64,000 nucleotides of DNA. Origin: Gammaproteobacteria bacterium (GTDB lineage Bacteria > Pseudomonadota > Gammaproteobacteria > CBDBNL01 > JAAOII01). The stretch lies in NCBI GenBank assembly GCA_965209035.1, contig OZ242372.1, forward strand, positions 1,888,001 through 1,952,000, read 5' to 3'. Of the stretch, positions 1 to 10,445 are shown one piece after another (the first letter of the stretch is position 1; the number at the start of each line of letters is the position of its first letter). The position numbers were made by a program, and so were the translations under genes. The notes below the pieces were generated by a model, which saw nothing but the letters and a program-made list of their open reading frames with translations, was not told the origin of the DNA and did no database searches.

Positions 1-36
1 TTGTTTATTATTCAATCATAAAGTGAGGTCATTATT

Positions 37-1605
37 ATGAACGCAAATACAAGCAATAAAACGGAATATTCCCGCACGCTTATCATAGTCAGCGGTGTTA
101 TTCTGTTGTTATTTATCCTTTGGGGACTTCTTTCCCCAAAAAACTTTGCCTCTGTTTCTTCGGATACTTCCGGAGCAATTGTTGCCAATTTTCGTTGGTA
201 TTACATCGGCATTGTTTCTATGTTTCTGTATGTTTGTCTGGCTTTGGCAATCGGTCCCTGGGGAAAGATTCGCATAGGCAAAGATTCGGAAGAGCCGGAA
301 TTCGGCCTGTTATCCTGGATCGCGATGTTATTCGCGGCCGGCATGGGAATCGGTCTGGTATTCTGGAGTATCGCCGAACCAATGTGGCATCTTTCCGGGA
401 ACCCTTATATAACCGAAGATCAAGCATTTACCGGGGTAGCCGCGGACTCGGCACTGTTACTTACCATATTTCACTGGGGATTGCATCCCTGGGCTATCTA
501 TGGCATAGTCGGTCTGTGTATGGGCTATTTTACTTTTCGTAAGGGCCTGCCTTTGACGATCAGTTCCACGTTGAGCCCGATGCTGGGCACCAACACAAAC
601 GGCTTATGGGGCGGGACGGCAAACGCCTTGGCAATCTTTGCCACGGTCGGCGGTCTGACCACTTCCTTGGGTCTGGGTGTTTTACAAATCAATTACGGAC
701 TGAACACCCTTTTTGGTGTTCCCACAAACAAAGTGATGCAAGCGGTCCTGGTGATATCTATTTCGGCATTGGCAATCATTTCGGTTATTACCGGATTGAA
801 AAAGGGGATCCTTTTTCTTAGCCGCCTTAATGTGGGACTGGCAGTCATCATGATGATTGCGATGCTACTTTTGGGCCCGACCATCTACCTGCTTAGCCTG
901 TTTGTTCAACTTCTTGGCGATTACATTGTTAAGGTGTTTCCGTTGGGTAGCAACACTTTTGCCAACCAACCCGAACAAAACTGGCCCAACTTCTGGACTA
1001 CTTTTTATTGGGCATGGTGGATTTCCTGGTCGCCCTTTGTCGGTAGTTTTGTTGCGCGTATTTCACGCGGTCGCACCATACGCCAATTTATTGTCGGCGT
1101 TCTTTTGGTGCCGGCGTTGCTTTCCATCGCCTGGTTGACTGTGATGGGCGGAACGGCTCTCAATATAGAACTCTTGGCTGATGTTCCGGGAGAAGGGGGC
1201 ATATTCGCCGCGACAAAAGAAGGTTCCGAAAGGGCAATGTTTGCAACCTTTTCCGCAATGAATATTGGCGCTGTCCTTGAGTTCCTTTTGTCCGTAATAG
1301 GGCTGCTGCTGGTGGTGATCTTCTTTATCACTTCTTGTGACTCGGGTACTCTGGTGCTTTCCATGATTACTTCCAAAGGTAATCTGCACCCGCCCAACGC
1401 ATTGCGCCTGTTTTGGGGTGTTCTGATTGGCGGTGTCGCTCTGGTGCTTTTGCTAACCGGAGGTCTGGGTGCTCTGCAAACCGCCGCTATTGTTTCCGCC
1501 TTGCCTTTTTCGGTGGTGATGATATTGATGTTGGTTTGCCTCTTCCGCTCTTTGGGCGAAGAGACCATGGCGGCTTCTCGGATGAAATCGAGCAAGCAAT
1601 CGTAG
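37..1605 (+). CDS. BCCT-family betaine/choline/carnitine transporter
   Basis: Polytopic membrane protein with BCCT motifs SWIAMLFAAGMGIGLVFW, FHWGLHPWAIY and WTTFYWAWWISWSPFVGSFVARISRGRTIR; heads a betaine catabolic cluster. Confidence 0.95.
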   Translation: MNANTSNKTEYSRTLIIVSGVILLLFILWGLLSPKNFASVSSDTSGAIVANFRWYYIGIVSMFLYVCLALAIGPWGKIRIGKDSEEPEFGLLSWIAMLFAAGMGIGLVFWSIAEPMWHLSGNPYITEDQAFTGVAADSALLLTIFHWGLHPWAIYGIVGLCMGYFTFRKGLPLTISSTLSPMLGTNTNGLWGGTANALAIFATVGGLTTSLGLGVLQINYGLNTLFGVPTNKVMQAVLVISISALAIISVITGLKKGILFLSRLNVGLAVIMMIAMLLLGPTIYLLSLFVQLLGDYIVKVFPLGSNTFANQPEQNWPNFWTTFYWAWWISWSPFVGSFVARISRGRTIRQFIVGVLLVPALLSIAWLTVMGGTALNIELLADVPGEGGIFAATKEGSERAMFATFSAMNIGAVLEFLLSVIGLLLVVIFFITSCDSGTLVLSMITSKGNLHPPNALRLFWGVLIGGVALVLLLTGGLGALQTAAIVSALPFSVVMILMLVCLFRSLGEETMAASRMKSSKQS

Positions 1606-1621
1606 CATAAGAAATATCCGG

Positions 1622-1661
1622 CGCGAAGCGAGTGGGACTTCTGTCTCACTCGCTTTTCGCG
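1622..1661 (+). terminator. Hairpin / probable intrinsic terminator after the BCCT gene
   Basis: Inverted repeat cgcgaagcgagtgggac-ttct-gtctcactcgcttttcgcg followed by T-rich sequence. Confidence 0.55.
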
Positions 1662-1718
1662 TTTGTATTAAACGATTAAACGGGCGACATATGTTTTTTA
1701 GTATTTTTGTTTTTGGCG

Positions 1719-2969
1719 GTGCGTTATTCTTTTTTTAATCTTCTAAAACAGTCTTTCCATAATCATACCACTTGGCAGCCCGCTTGGCGGGAAGCCAAAC
1801 TGGGTTCAAATTATGATGTTGTGATCGTCGGCGGCGGCGGACACGGTCTGGCAACCGCTTACTATTTGGCAAAAGAGCATCGTCTTCGTAATATTGCCGT
1901 TTTGGAGAAAGGTTATATTGGCGGCGGTAATACCGGACGCAATACGACCATCATCCGCTCAAACTACTTGCGAGATCCTTCCTCCAAACTTTACAATCAT
2001 TCTTTGGATCTTTGGCAAGATTTGACTCGTCAATTAAATTTTAATGTGATGTTCAGCCAAAGAGGGGTTTACAATCTTGGGCATAGTTTGCAGGATATGC
2101 GCGATATTGAACGGAGGGTGAATGCCAATATTCTCAACGGCATCGTTGCGGCAGTTGTCCTGCCGGATGAACTTAAACGCCGCATTCCGTTGTTGAACAC
2201 TTCATCCAACGCGCGTTATCCAATTTTGGGAGCTTCTTACCAAAAAGCCGGCGGAGTTGCACGACACGATGCGGTAGCATGGGGATTTGCCCGGGCGGCT
2301 TCGGCTCTGGGGGTGGATGTGATCCAAAACTGCGAGGTTACGGGGATGGACATCCGCAACGGAAGTATCACGGGATTACAAACCTCACAGGGGCCTGTGG
2401 TCACGGAAAAAGTGGGTGTAGTGGTTGCCGGACATACTTCGCTACTTGCGGCCATGGCCGGTTTGAAACTGCCCGTCGTCAGTCGACCTTTGCAAGCATT
2501 TGTTTCCGAACCGCTTAAACCTGTTTTGCATACTGTGGTCATGTCCGGGGCGGTTCACGGGTACATTAGTCAGTCCGACAAGGGCGATATGGTTATAGGC
2601 GCGGGCGTGGACGGATACGGCGGCTATTCGCAACGCGGGAGTCCGCAGATCATTGAGCATACCGCACAGGCAATGATAGAATTGTTCCCTTTTCTGAGCA
2701 GAGTGCGTATGAACAGACAGTGGGCGGGTATTGTGGACATATTACCGGACGCATGTCCGATTGTCGGTAAGACGCCGATTAAGGGGCTGTTCTTAAATTG
2801 CGGTTGGGGGACCGGAGGATTTAAAGCCACGCCCGGATCCGGTCATGTGTTTGCCCATACTATTGCCCGGGACGAACCGCATAAGTTGAACAGGGCGCTT
2901 TCCATGGAAAGATTTGTCACGGGGAACCTGGTGGACGAACACGGGGCGGCCGGCGTGTCACAGCATTAA
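1719..2969 (+). CDS. soxB: Sarcosine oxidase beta subunit
   Basis: VVIVGGGGHGLATAYYLAK, GGGNTGRNTTIIRSNY, GWGTGGFKATPGSG, C-terminal EHGAAGV. GTG at 1719 (MRYS...) is preferred to the ORF-track TTG at 1707. Confidence 0.95.
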   Translation: MRYSFFNLLKQSFHNHTTWQPAWREAKLGSNYDVVIVGGGGHGLATAYYLAKEHRLRNIAVLEKGYIGGGNTGRNTTIIRSNYLRDPSSKLYNHSLDLWQDLTRQLNFNVMFSQRGVYNLGHSLQDMRDIERRVNANILNGIVAAVVLPDELKRRIPLLNTSSNARYPILGASYQKAGGVARHDAVAWGFARAASALGVDVIQNCEVTGMDIRNGSITGLQTSQGPVVTEKVGVVVAGHTSLLAAMAGLKLPVVSRPLQAFVSEPLKPVLHTVVMSGAVHGYISQSDKGDMVIGAGVDGYGGYSQRGSPQIIEHTAQAMIELFPFLSRVRMNRQWAGIVDILPDACPIVGKTPIKGLFLNCGWGTGGFKATPGSGHVFAHTIARDEPHKLNRALSMERFVTGNLVDEHGAAGVSQH

Positions 2970-3015
2970 TAGAAATAGAGTAATATAAGTTAGTGAATGA
3001 TCCGGTGAATCAAAA

Positions 3016-3312
3016 ATGTTATTAATCACTTGTCCCCATTGCGGAGAAAAACGCGAAGAGGAGGAATTTGCTTATGCGGATGAGGCATTTATTGTCCGCC
3101 CGTCGGACCCCGAGAGCCTGAACGACCAAGAGTGGGCGGAATATTTGTTTGTGCGCAATAATGTGAGCGGTCTCCAATATGAAAAGTGGGCGCATACGGC
3201 GGGTTGTCGCAAGTTTTTTATTGTCAAGCGAAACAACCTGACCAATGAAATTGAAACGACGATGACCATGCAAGATGCATTGGCACAGCGTAAGAAAGAA
3301 AAGAAGAAATAG
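3016..3312 (+). CDS. soxD: Sarcosine oxidase delta subunit
   Basis: MLLITCPHCG..REEEEF and W.H..GC zinc-binding pattern; lies between soxB and soxA. Confidence 0.95.
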   Translation: MLLITCPHCGEKREEEEFAYADEAFIVRPSDPESLNDQEWAEYLFVRNNVSGLQYEKWAHTAGCRKFFIVKRNNLTNEIETTMTMQDALAQRKKEKKK

Positions 3313-3324
3313 GATCTGGGCACG

Positions 3325-6300
3325 ATGAGATTGAAGGCAAACCCGACAGAGTCTATTAACAGAGACAGACCGATTACCTTTTACTGGAACGGCAAGCCAC
3401 TGCCGGCATATGAGGGCGATGTGTTGGCATCGGCTTTGCTTGCCAATGGTGTGCGTCGTGTTGGCGCAAGTTTTAAGTATGGCAGACCGCGCGGCATTTA
3501 CACCGCTTGGAGCGACGAGCCTAACGCCATTGTGAGTTTGGAAAGTGGCGGTCTGCTCACGCCCAATGCCAGAGCAACCGAGGCGGAAGTTTATGACGGC
3601 ATGAACGCCCGGGCCACATCCGACGGGGGAGGAAACGGACTTTTGGGGATGGGGAATCTGAACTTAAAATCTCTGTTTCGTCCGTTGCACGGTGCCATGC
3701 CGGCGGGTTTTTACTACAAGACTTTTCAGTCACCGCAATTTCTTTGGCCTGTTTACGAAAAAGTCTTACGGCGTTTTGCCGGTTTTTCGATGCCGCCCGC
3801 GGTAGAGGATAAAGAATCTTACGATGCGGTGCATCACCATTGCGATGTTTTAATCGTCGGCGGGGGTGTTGCCGGCCTCACCGCCGCCCGTTCTCTCGTA
3901 AACTCCGGTCTTTCCGTCATTTTGGCGGACGATAGGCCGCATTTGGGCGGTCAATGGTGGACGGATGCCGAAGCCGAATTGGACGGCATGCCTGTTTATG
4001 AATGGGTGCAAGATAGCGAACAAGCGATACGGAAGACCTGTAAACTGCTCAAAAGAACGGTCGCATATGCACTGCATGATCATAATCTGGTATTGGCGGC
4101 GGAGCGTATTCAGGATCACCTTTCGCCCGGCCAACGTAATCCGGCGCGCCCCCGTCAGCGGCATCACCGAATTCGGGCAAAGGAGATCATTTTGGCAACA
4201 GGCGCCTATGAACGCGGTGTTACCTTTTCCAATAATGATCTGCCGGGTGTCATGCTGGCAAATGCGGTGCAGGCCTACTTGAAACTTTATTCCGTATTGC
4301 CCGGGGAAAATGTATTACTTTTTGTTAACAATGACGGCGGCTATGCTCTGGCAAGAGATCTGCATACGGCCGGTTGTAAGAATATTACGGTTGCGGATGC
4401 CCGCCCGCAAGGATCTCCGTCTTTACCCGAGGGGATTAAGTTTTTACCGGGGTATGTTCCGTTGCAGGCACAGTCGCGGGGGGGGCATCTCAGCGGTGTG
4501 CGTATGCAAAAAGTTGCGGATGACGGCAGCAGCATCGATAATAGCAACGGGGGCAACGGCAACGGGCAGACTGTGGGCACCGTGGGCACCATGGAGATTG
4601 CTTGTGATCTGTTTGCTCTTTCCTGCGGTTACGATCCGATTGTGCATCTGACCTGCCATAAGACAAATCGGCCTGTGTGGTCGGAGGAACTGGCGTGCTT
4701 TCTGCCGGGGGATTCCGCAGAGGAGTCTTGCCATTTGGCGGGAGCGGTTTGCGGCTACTTTCGCGCCGATGCGGCCAAACAAAGCGGATTGCGGGCGGCA
4801 CAATTTGCGGCGAAGCAACTGAACACCGAGATATCGGATAAGTTGCCGAATTCTGCAATGCTGGCAAGGCCAAAACGGGACAATTTTGGTATTGCTCCGC
4901 TATTTGTTACCGAAGGGGGCGGAGAAAAGAGGTTTGTGGACTTACAAAATGATGTGACCGCCGATGATCTGGAACTGGCTCTGCGCGAAAATTATCGCAG
5001 CATTGAACATGTCAAACGATATACGGCTATGGGCTTTGGGACGGATCAGGGAAAAACATCCAATGTAATCGGCTTTAATTATGTGGCAGAAAAATTGGGT
5101 GTGAGTGTGCGCGAAGTGGGCACTACCACCTATCGGCCGCCCTATACGCCCGTGGCGTTTGGAGTGCTTGCCGGACAGCATGTTCGGGGCCTGTATGATC
5201 CGATCAGGTATACGCCCATGCAGCAGTCGCATATTAAAAGTAATCCCGAATTCGAAAGAGTGGGACAGTGGATGCGTCCGCGTTACTTTCCGCGGGACGG
5301 CGAAGACATGCAACAGGCGCTAAACCGCGAGTGTCTGGCGGCTCGTCAGGCAGTGGCGGTGATAGATGCTTCGACCCTGGGCAAGATAGATGTGCGCGGA
5401 CCGGATGCGCGCGAATTTCTTAACCGGGTTTACACGAATTCTTGGACCAAACTTGCGCCGGGTAAGTGTCGCTATGGGATCATGTTGGACGAAAACGGCA
5501 TGGTTTATGACGACGGTGTCACAGCCTGTATTACCGACGAGCATTTTTACCTGACGACCACTACTCCGGGTGCCGCACCCGTGTATCAGTGGCTGGAAGA
5601 CTGGCTGCAAACCGAATGGCCGGATCTGCGCGTCTTTTTGACCAGTGTGACCGATCATTGGTCCACGACGGCGGTGGTGGGGCCGCACAGTCGTGCGCTC
5701 CTTGCAAAGGTCTGTTCGGACATTAATTTTTCACGCGAGGATTTTGATTTCATGGAATGGAAAGAAGGAATAGTCTGCGGTGTCCCGGCAAGAGTCATGC
5801 GGATTAGTTTTTCCGGCGAGTTGGCTTACGAGATTAATGTTCAGTCAAACTACGGCAGGCATGTATGGGACTCTGTTTGTGCGGCCGGCGAGGAGTTTGG
5901 GATTACCCGTTACGGCACCGAGACGATGCATGTTTTGCGAGCCGAAAAAGGGTTCATCATTGTTGGTCAGGATACGGACGGTTTTGTAACCCCGACAGAT
6001 CTGGGAATGGATTGGATCCTGCCAAAGAAGAAACCGTTCAGTTATCTGGGCAAGAGATCTTTGTCGCGCCCCGAAATGCTAAGCGAAGAACGGAAGCAAT
6101 TGGTGGGATTGTTCCCCAAGGACATGCAGAAGATCCTGCCGGAAGGTTGCCAGTTGGTGAATTCGCGCGAGACTGCGGATGATATGCAAGGACATGTCAC
6201 TTCTTCTTATTACAGTCCGATTTTGAAACGATCCTTTGCGCTTGCTTTGGTGAAGCGCGGTCTGAAACGCCAAGGTGAGACGCTCTTTGGCATGACCAAA

Positions 6301-6375
6301 GAAGGCGAACTCATTGAGACCGAGATTACCGATTCGATTGTTTACGATAAAAAAGGAGAGAAAAGGGATGGTTAA
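3325..6375 (+). CDS. soxA: Sarcosine oxidase alpha subunit
   Basis: SFKYGRPRG, IEHVKRYT..GFGTDQGKTSN, and a GcvT-like C-terminus (RISFSGELAYEI, MHVLRAEKG). Confidence 0.95.
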   Translation: MRLKANPTESINRDRPITFYWNGKPLPAYEGDVLASALLANGVRRVGASFKYGRPRGIYTAWSDEPNAIVSLESGGLLTPNARATEAEVYDGMNARATSDGGGNGLLGMGNLNLKSLFRPLHGAMPAGFYYKTFQSPQFLWPVYEKVLRRFAGFSMPPAVEDKESYDAVHHHCDVLIVGGGVAGLTAARSLVNSGLSVILADDRPHLGGQWWTDAEAELDGMPVYEWVQDSEQAIRKTCKLLKRTVAYALHDHNLVLAAERIQDHLSPGQRNPARPRQRHHRIRAKEIILATGAYERGVTFSNNDLPGVMLANAVQAYLKLYSVLPGENVLLFVNNDGGYALARDLHTAGCKNITVADARPQGSPSLPEGIKFLPGYVPLQAQSRGGHLSGVRMQKVADDGSSIDNSNGGNGNGQTVGTVGTMEIACDLFALSCGYDPIVHLTCHKTNRPVWSEELACFLPGDSAEESCHLAGAVCGYFRADAAKQSGLRAAQFAAKQLNTEISDKLPNSAMLARPKRDNFGIAPLFVTEGGGEKRFVDLQNDVTADDLELALRENYRSIEHVKRYTAMGFGTDQGKTSNVIGFNYVAEKLGVSVREVGTTTYRPPYTPVAFGVLAGQHVRGLYDPIRYTPMQQSHIKSNPEFERVGQWMRPRYFPRDGEDMQQALNRECLAARQAVAVIDASTLGKIDVRGPDAREFLNRVYTNSWTKLAPGKCRYGIMLDENGMVYDDGVTACITDEHFYLTTTTPGAAPVYQWLEDWLQTEWPDLRVFLTSVTDHWSTTAVVGPHSRALLAKVCSDINFSREDFDFMEWKEGIVCGVPARVMRISFSGELAYEINVQSNYGRHVWDSVCAAGEEFGITRYGTETMHVLRAEKGFIIVGQDTDGFVTPTDLGMDWILPKKKPFSYLGKRSLSRPEMLSEERKQLVGLFPKDMQKILPEGCQLVNSRETADDMQGHVTSSYYSPILKRSFALALVKRGLKRQGETLFGMTKEGELIETEITDSIVYDKKGEKRDG

Positions 6376-6377
6376 AT

Positions 6378-6995
6378 ATGATTAATCCTATTTTTGAAAC
6401 AGCCCTGGAACATTACGACTTCCCGTGCGGCGGTGAAGCGTTTGCCGCCAAGGAGATGCGCGACCATGCCTTTGTGGTGTTACGCGGCAGAACCGAAGAT
6501 CGGGAATTCGTCAATGCTTGCAAGGAGAAACTGGGTATTGTTTTGCCGTCTCCTCTAAGTTTGGTAAGTTTGGTAAGTTTGACAAGTTTGACGAAACCGG
6601 GTGATGCGGAGTGCTTATGGATTGCATCCGATGAGTTTCTTGTTCTCCTGCCCCGGTCTCAAAAAGACAAGTTTTTGCAAACCGCAAAAGAGGCATTCAA
6701 CGGTGTGTTTGCCGCCGCGGTGGATAACTCCGGCACCTATTCGTACTTGCGTCTTGACGGTCGGCATGTGAAAGATGTTCTCGCCAAGGTGAGCTCCTAT
6801 GATGTTTCGGATGTCGGGCTGCCTGCGGGGAAAGTGGTGACGACTTTGGCGGGCAAGGCGCAGGTCGTTCTTTTCAGAGAGCCAAACGAATCCGGCACGG
6901 GTTTGTTGGTGCGTTTTTCGTTTGCCGATTATGTTTGGCGATCTCTTGTCCGGGCAGCCGGCGAATACCAAACCGATTTACTTATAAATCATTAA
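6378..6995 (+). CDS. soxG: Sarcosine oxidase gamma subunit
   Basis: LRG...LW...DEFL...LLVRFSFADYVW pattern; follows soxA directly. Confidence 0.9.
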   Translation: MINPIFETALEHYDFPCGGEAFAAKEMRDHAFVVLRGRTEDREFVNACKEKLGIVLPSPLSLVSLVSLTSLTKPGDAECLWIASDEFLVLLPRSQKDKFLQTAKEAFNGVFAAAVDNSGTYSYLRLDGRHVKDVLAKVSSYDVSDVGLPAGKVVTTLAGKAQVVLFREPNESGTGLLVRFSFADYVWRSLVRAAGEYQTDLLINH

Positions 6996-7025
6996 TCTAA
7001 CAATCAATCAAAGAGGTACATCATT

Positions 7026-8204
7026 ATGTCAAAAATCTTATGTGTGTTATACGAGGATCCGGTTGCGGGCTACCCGCAAACCTATCCGCGTGATGATATC
7101 CCGCAATTAACGGGATATCCGGACGGCCAGACAGTTCCGTCTCCGTCCGGCTTGGGCTTTAAGCCCGGCGAACTATTGGGCTCTGTTTCCGGAGAATTGG
7201 GACTTCGGGAGTTTTTGGAGAAAGAAGGGCATAGCCTGGTAGTCACTTCCGACAAGGACGGCTCCGATTCCCTGTTTGCCAAAGAGTTGCCGGATGCGGA
7301 CATTGTCATTTCGCAGCCCTTTTGGCCTGCTTATCTGACAGCCGAACGCATTGCCAATGCGCCAAAATTGAAGTTGGCGGTTACGGCCGGTATCGGCTCA
7401 GACCATGTGGATCTGCAGGCGGCCATAGAAAGAAATATCACCGTCTGCGAAGTCACCTATAGCAATAGCCTCAGTGTGGCGGAGCATGTGGTGATGATGA
7501 TCCTGGCATTGGTGCGAAACTATATTCCTTCTTACAAACAGGTGATTGAAGGAGGATGGAACATTGCCGATTGTGTGCAGCGTGCCTACGATGTGGAAGG
7601 AATGCATATCGGCTCGGTTGCCGCCGGCAGAATCGGTCTTGCGGTGCTGCGCCGAATGCATCCTTTTGATGTCCGCTTGCACTATACGGACAGACACAGA
7701 TTGCCCGCCGAGACAGAGAAAGAACTTGGGTTAATCTTTCACGAATCCGCGGAAGATATGGTCCGGGTTTGTGATCTGGTCACCATTAACTGTCCCTTGC
7801 ATCCGGAAACCGAGCATCTGTTTGACAAAGAAATGCTCTCCAAGATGAAGAGGGGAGCCTATATTGTCAATACCGCGCGCGGTAAGATCTGTGACAGCAA
7901 AGCAATTGCGGACGCACTGGAAAGCGGACAACTTGCGGGCTATGCCGGCGATGTTTGGTTTCCGCAACCGGCACCCAAGGATCATCCCTGGCGCAGTATG
8001 CCATACCATAGCATGACCCCGCACACCTCCGGTTCCACACTTTCGGCACAGGCGCGCTATGCGGCCGGTGTGCGCGAGATACTGGAATGTTGGTTTCAGG
8101 GCAAACCCATTCGCGACGAGTACTTAATTGTCAGCGGCGGGAAACTTGCCGGCGCGGGTGCGCACTCTTACAGCGAGGGGGACACCACCGGCGGCAGCTT
8201 GTAA
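7026..8204 (+). CDS. fdh: NAD-dependent (metal-independent) formate dehydrogenase
   Basis: ISQPFWPAYLT, TAGIGSDHVDL, AAGRIG, GYAGDVWFPQPAP, MTPHTSG motifs. Confidence 0.95.
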   Translation: MSKILCVLYEDPVAGYPQTYPRDDIPQLTGYPDGQTVPSPSGLGFKPGELLGSVSGELGLREFLEKEGHSLVVTSDKDGSDSLFAKELPDADIVISQPFWPAYLTAERIANAPKLKLAVTAGIGSDHVDLQAAIERNITVCEVTYSNSLSVAEHVVMMILALVRNYIPSYKQVIEGGWNIADCVQRAYDVEGMHIGSVAAGRIGLAVLRRMHPFDVRLHYTDRHRLPAETEKELGLIFHESAEDMVRVCDLVTINCPLHPETEHLFDKEMLSKMKRGAYIVNTARGKICDSKAIADALESGQLAGYAGDVWFPQPAPKDHPWRSMPYHSMTPHTSGSTLSAQARYAAGVREILECWFQGKPIRDEYLIVSGGKLAGAGAHSYSEGDTTGGSL

Positions 8205-8411
8205 CCTGTTTCCGGTACCCTTCGGGCTCTTCTTCTTCTCTTCGATGAGAAGTTGAAGGGCCTCGCGGTTGTTCGATAATAATGATCCGGTGTTAAATAA
8301 TATGACGCACGCACAATTTTTTGTTCGTTCGGTAGATTCTGCTTGGCAAGAAATTGAAGATCCTTGTGATTGTTTTATAATAATACGTACTTACAGTATT
8401 ATGATAGCGTT

Positions 8412-9185
8412 ATGACTTTTACACAAATTTTTGCTTTTATTCCGCATATCTCACAGGATCAATGGGTTGCCTTATTGATCGTTTTATTGGTGATGGTAGC
8501 TTGGTATATGAGGGGTGTTTATGAAAAATGGAAAAATGCGCCAAAGGATATCAAGCAATTACAGGGGCAATGGCAATCTGTGTCAACGGATGTTAAGCGA
8601 TTGGATGGACAATTGGCATCCGTATCAACGGATGTCAAGCGGTTGGATGGACAATTGCAATCTGTGTCGGCGAATGTCAAGGGATTGGAAAAAAGGTGGG
8701 ACAGAGACATACCCGTCTTACGGCACCAAATAAGCGCGATAATGGCCGCGTTATCATTATCGACTAAGAGTCCTTTATTGTGGGGCAAAAGTCCTCTCGG
8801 TCTTTCAGATGAGGGTGAAGAGGTTGCCAAAAAAATAAATGCCGATAAAGTCATAAATGATCATTGGGATAACTTATGCAAGTTAGTCTATGAGAGGAAT
8901 CCGACAGACGCTTATGAAATTCAACAAGCATGTTTTTTCGTTACAAGCAGCCATATGCCTTCTGTCCTTACAAAAGAAGAACTTCATAAGGTGAGAGAAG
9001 TGGCGTTCCAACAAGGAAGATCCTTGGAACTGATCCTAAATGTTTTTGCTATTTTGTTGCGGGATAAACTCTTAAAAGAAAAAGGGCTTGCCGGGGCTTA
9101 TCTTGATAAGATTGATAAGGAGAAAAACAAAAAACAAACAAACCCGAAAAAGCGTCTTAATAAAACCAAAACCAAACCAAAATAG
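8412..9185 (+). CDS. Hypothetical membrane-anchored coiled-coil protein
   Basis: AT-rich ORF with an N-terminal hydrophobic helix, 14-aa coiled-coil repeats and a Lys-rich tail. ATG 8412 is preferred because TATAAT lies at 8376-8381. Confidence 0.75.
   Translation: MTFTQIFAFIPHISQDQWVALLIVLLVMVAWYMRGVYEKWKNAPKDIKQLQGQWQSVSTDVKRLDGQLASVSTDVKRLDGQLQSVSANVKGLEKRWDRDIPVLRHQISAIMAALSLSTKSPLLWGKSPLGLSDEGEEVAKKINADKVINDHWDNLCKLVYERNPTDAYEIQQACFFVTSSHMPSVLTKEELHKVREVAFQQGRSLELILNVFAILLRDKLLKEKGLAGAYLDKIDKEKNKKQTNPKKRLNKTKTKPK
8547..8690 (+). repeat. 42-bp coding tandem repeat, about 3.4 copies
   Basis: Units start at 8547, 8589, 8631 and 8673 and encode DVKRLDGQLxSVST-type double heptads. Confidence 0.9.
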
Positions 9186-9226
9186 TCGGCCGGCAAGTCG
9201 GCCGGATACTTGGCGACTAAGAACTT

Positions 9227-10378
9227 TTATTCCAATTCCAAGTCGGAAAGTGGCAGACTGCAACAGGGCAGAATGTACCCTTGATCTACTTCGGATTGTC
9301 GAATGCCGCCCTGATGATTCATGTCCGCCTTGCCGGATAGCATGCGGGTTTTACAGGTTCCGCAGATTCCCTGAGTGCAGCCAAACGGGAGAGGCAGACC
9401 GGATTCTCGGCCGGCGGTTAGAACAGTTGTGTTTGCCGGGCAGTCTACAGTTTTGTTGAACTTCTTAAAAACCACCTTGTATATTTTTACTCCTTCTTGA
9501 GCGGCCTGCTGTTTGAAAGGTTCTTCCGCCTGAGCGGGGGCATCGGCTTCAAGCGTTTCAAAGGTAAAACTTTCTTGGTGATAATGCCGCATATCATAGT
9601 TGAGATCTTTCAAGATTTTGCGAGCATTATCCATATAGGGCTTGGGACCGCAGCAAAATACTTCCCGTTCGCAAAGATCCGGGACACAGCGCGAGAGTGC
9701 TGCCGGGCTTAAGAAGCCGATCTCACCGTCCCACTTTTGACCGGTCGGAGCACAGTCACAAAACAGGCGGGTTTGAAAGGACGGCAGACTCAATTCCATC
9801 ATTTCCAATTCTTTGGCAAAGATGATATCTGCCGGTGTGCGCGCGCTGTGACTAAACACAAGATCTCGGTTGTGTCGCAGATCCAACAGATAGCGACTCA
9901 TGGACATCAGAGGTGTTATACCGCTGCCGCCGGAAAGAAAGAGAAGTTTGTCGCGACAAGAATAATCCAAAAAAGTGAACTTGCCGCCGGGTGCCGTGGC
10001 GTTGATGACCTTGCCCGGCTCCAGCCAGTCATGCAAATGGTTGGAAATGATACCGCCGGGAACGCGTTTTACCGTGATTGAAATAAGATAAGGACGCGTC
10101 GGTGTGGCGGAAATCGTGTAGGTGCGGGCGATTGTTTTGTCTTCAACGGGAACTTCCAGGGTGATGAACTGTCCCGGCTTGTAAGAAAAAATACTGTCCG
10201 TGCCGCCGGTAAAAAAGAACGACTTGACATCATGAGTTTCCTGCCGGGTATCACAACATAGCAAGGGAGTTTCTCCTTGCCAGATGGTTGCATTGCGTCC
10301 GTCAGACGCTAACGGAGATGGTTTGGACAGTTTAGACATTGGGGCTTTGGGCATGTGGGCATTTAGGCATGTGGGCAT
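9227..10378 (-). CDS. gbcB: Glycine betaine monooxygenase reductase subunit (FAD/NAD-binding plus 2Fe-2S)
   Basis: PGQF, RTYTISATP, GGSGITPLMSM, CCGPKPYM, C-terminal CTQGICGTC. True start is probably 10339. Confidence 0.85.
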   Translation of the reverse strand: MPTCLNAHMPKAPMSKLSKPSPLASDGRNATIWQGETPLLCCDTRQETHDVKSFFFTGGTDSIFSYKPGQFITLEVPVEDKTIARTYTISATPTRPYLISITVKRVPGGIISNHLHDWLEPGKVINATAPGGKFTFLDYSCRDKLLFLSGGSGITPLMSMSRYLLDLRHNRDLVFSHSARTPADIIFAKELEMMELSLPSFQTRLFCDCAPTGQKWDGEIGFLSPAALSRCVPDLCEREVFCCGPKPYMDNARKILKDLNYDMRHYHQESFTFETLEADAPAQAEEPFKQQAAQEGVKIYKVVFKKFNKTVDCPANTTVLTAGRESGLPLPFGCTQGICGTCKTRMLSGKADMNHQGGIRQSEVDQGYILPCCSLPLSDLELE

Positions 10379-10445
10379 TTAGGCATGCGGAGTTCAATTA
10401 CAATAACAGGTTTGGGTTTGAAACAGAACGGTCAGAGGCAAAACA

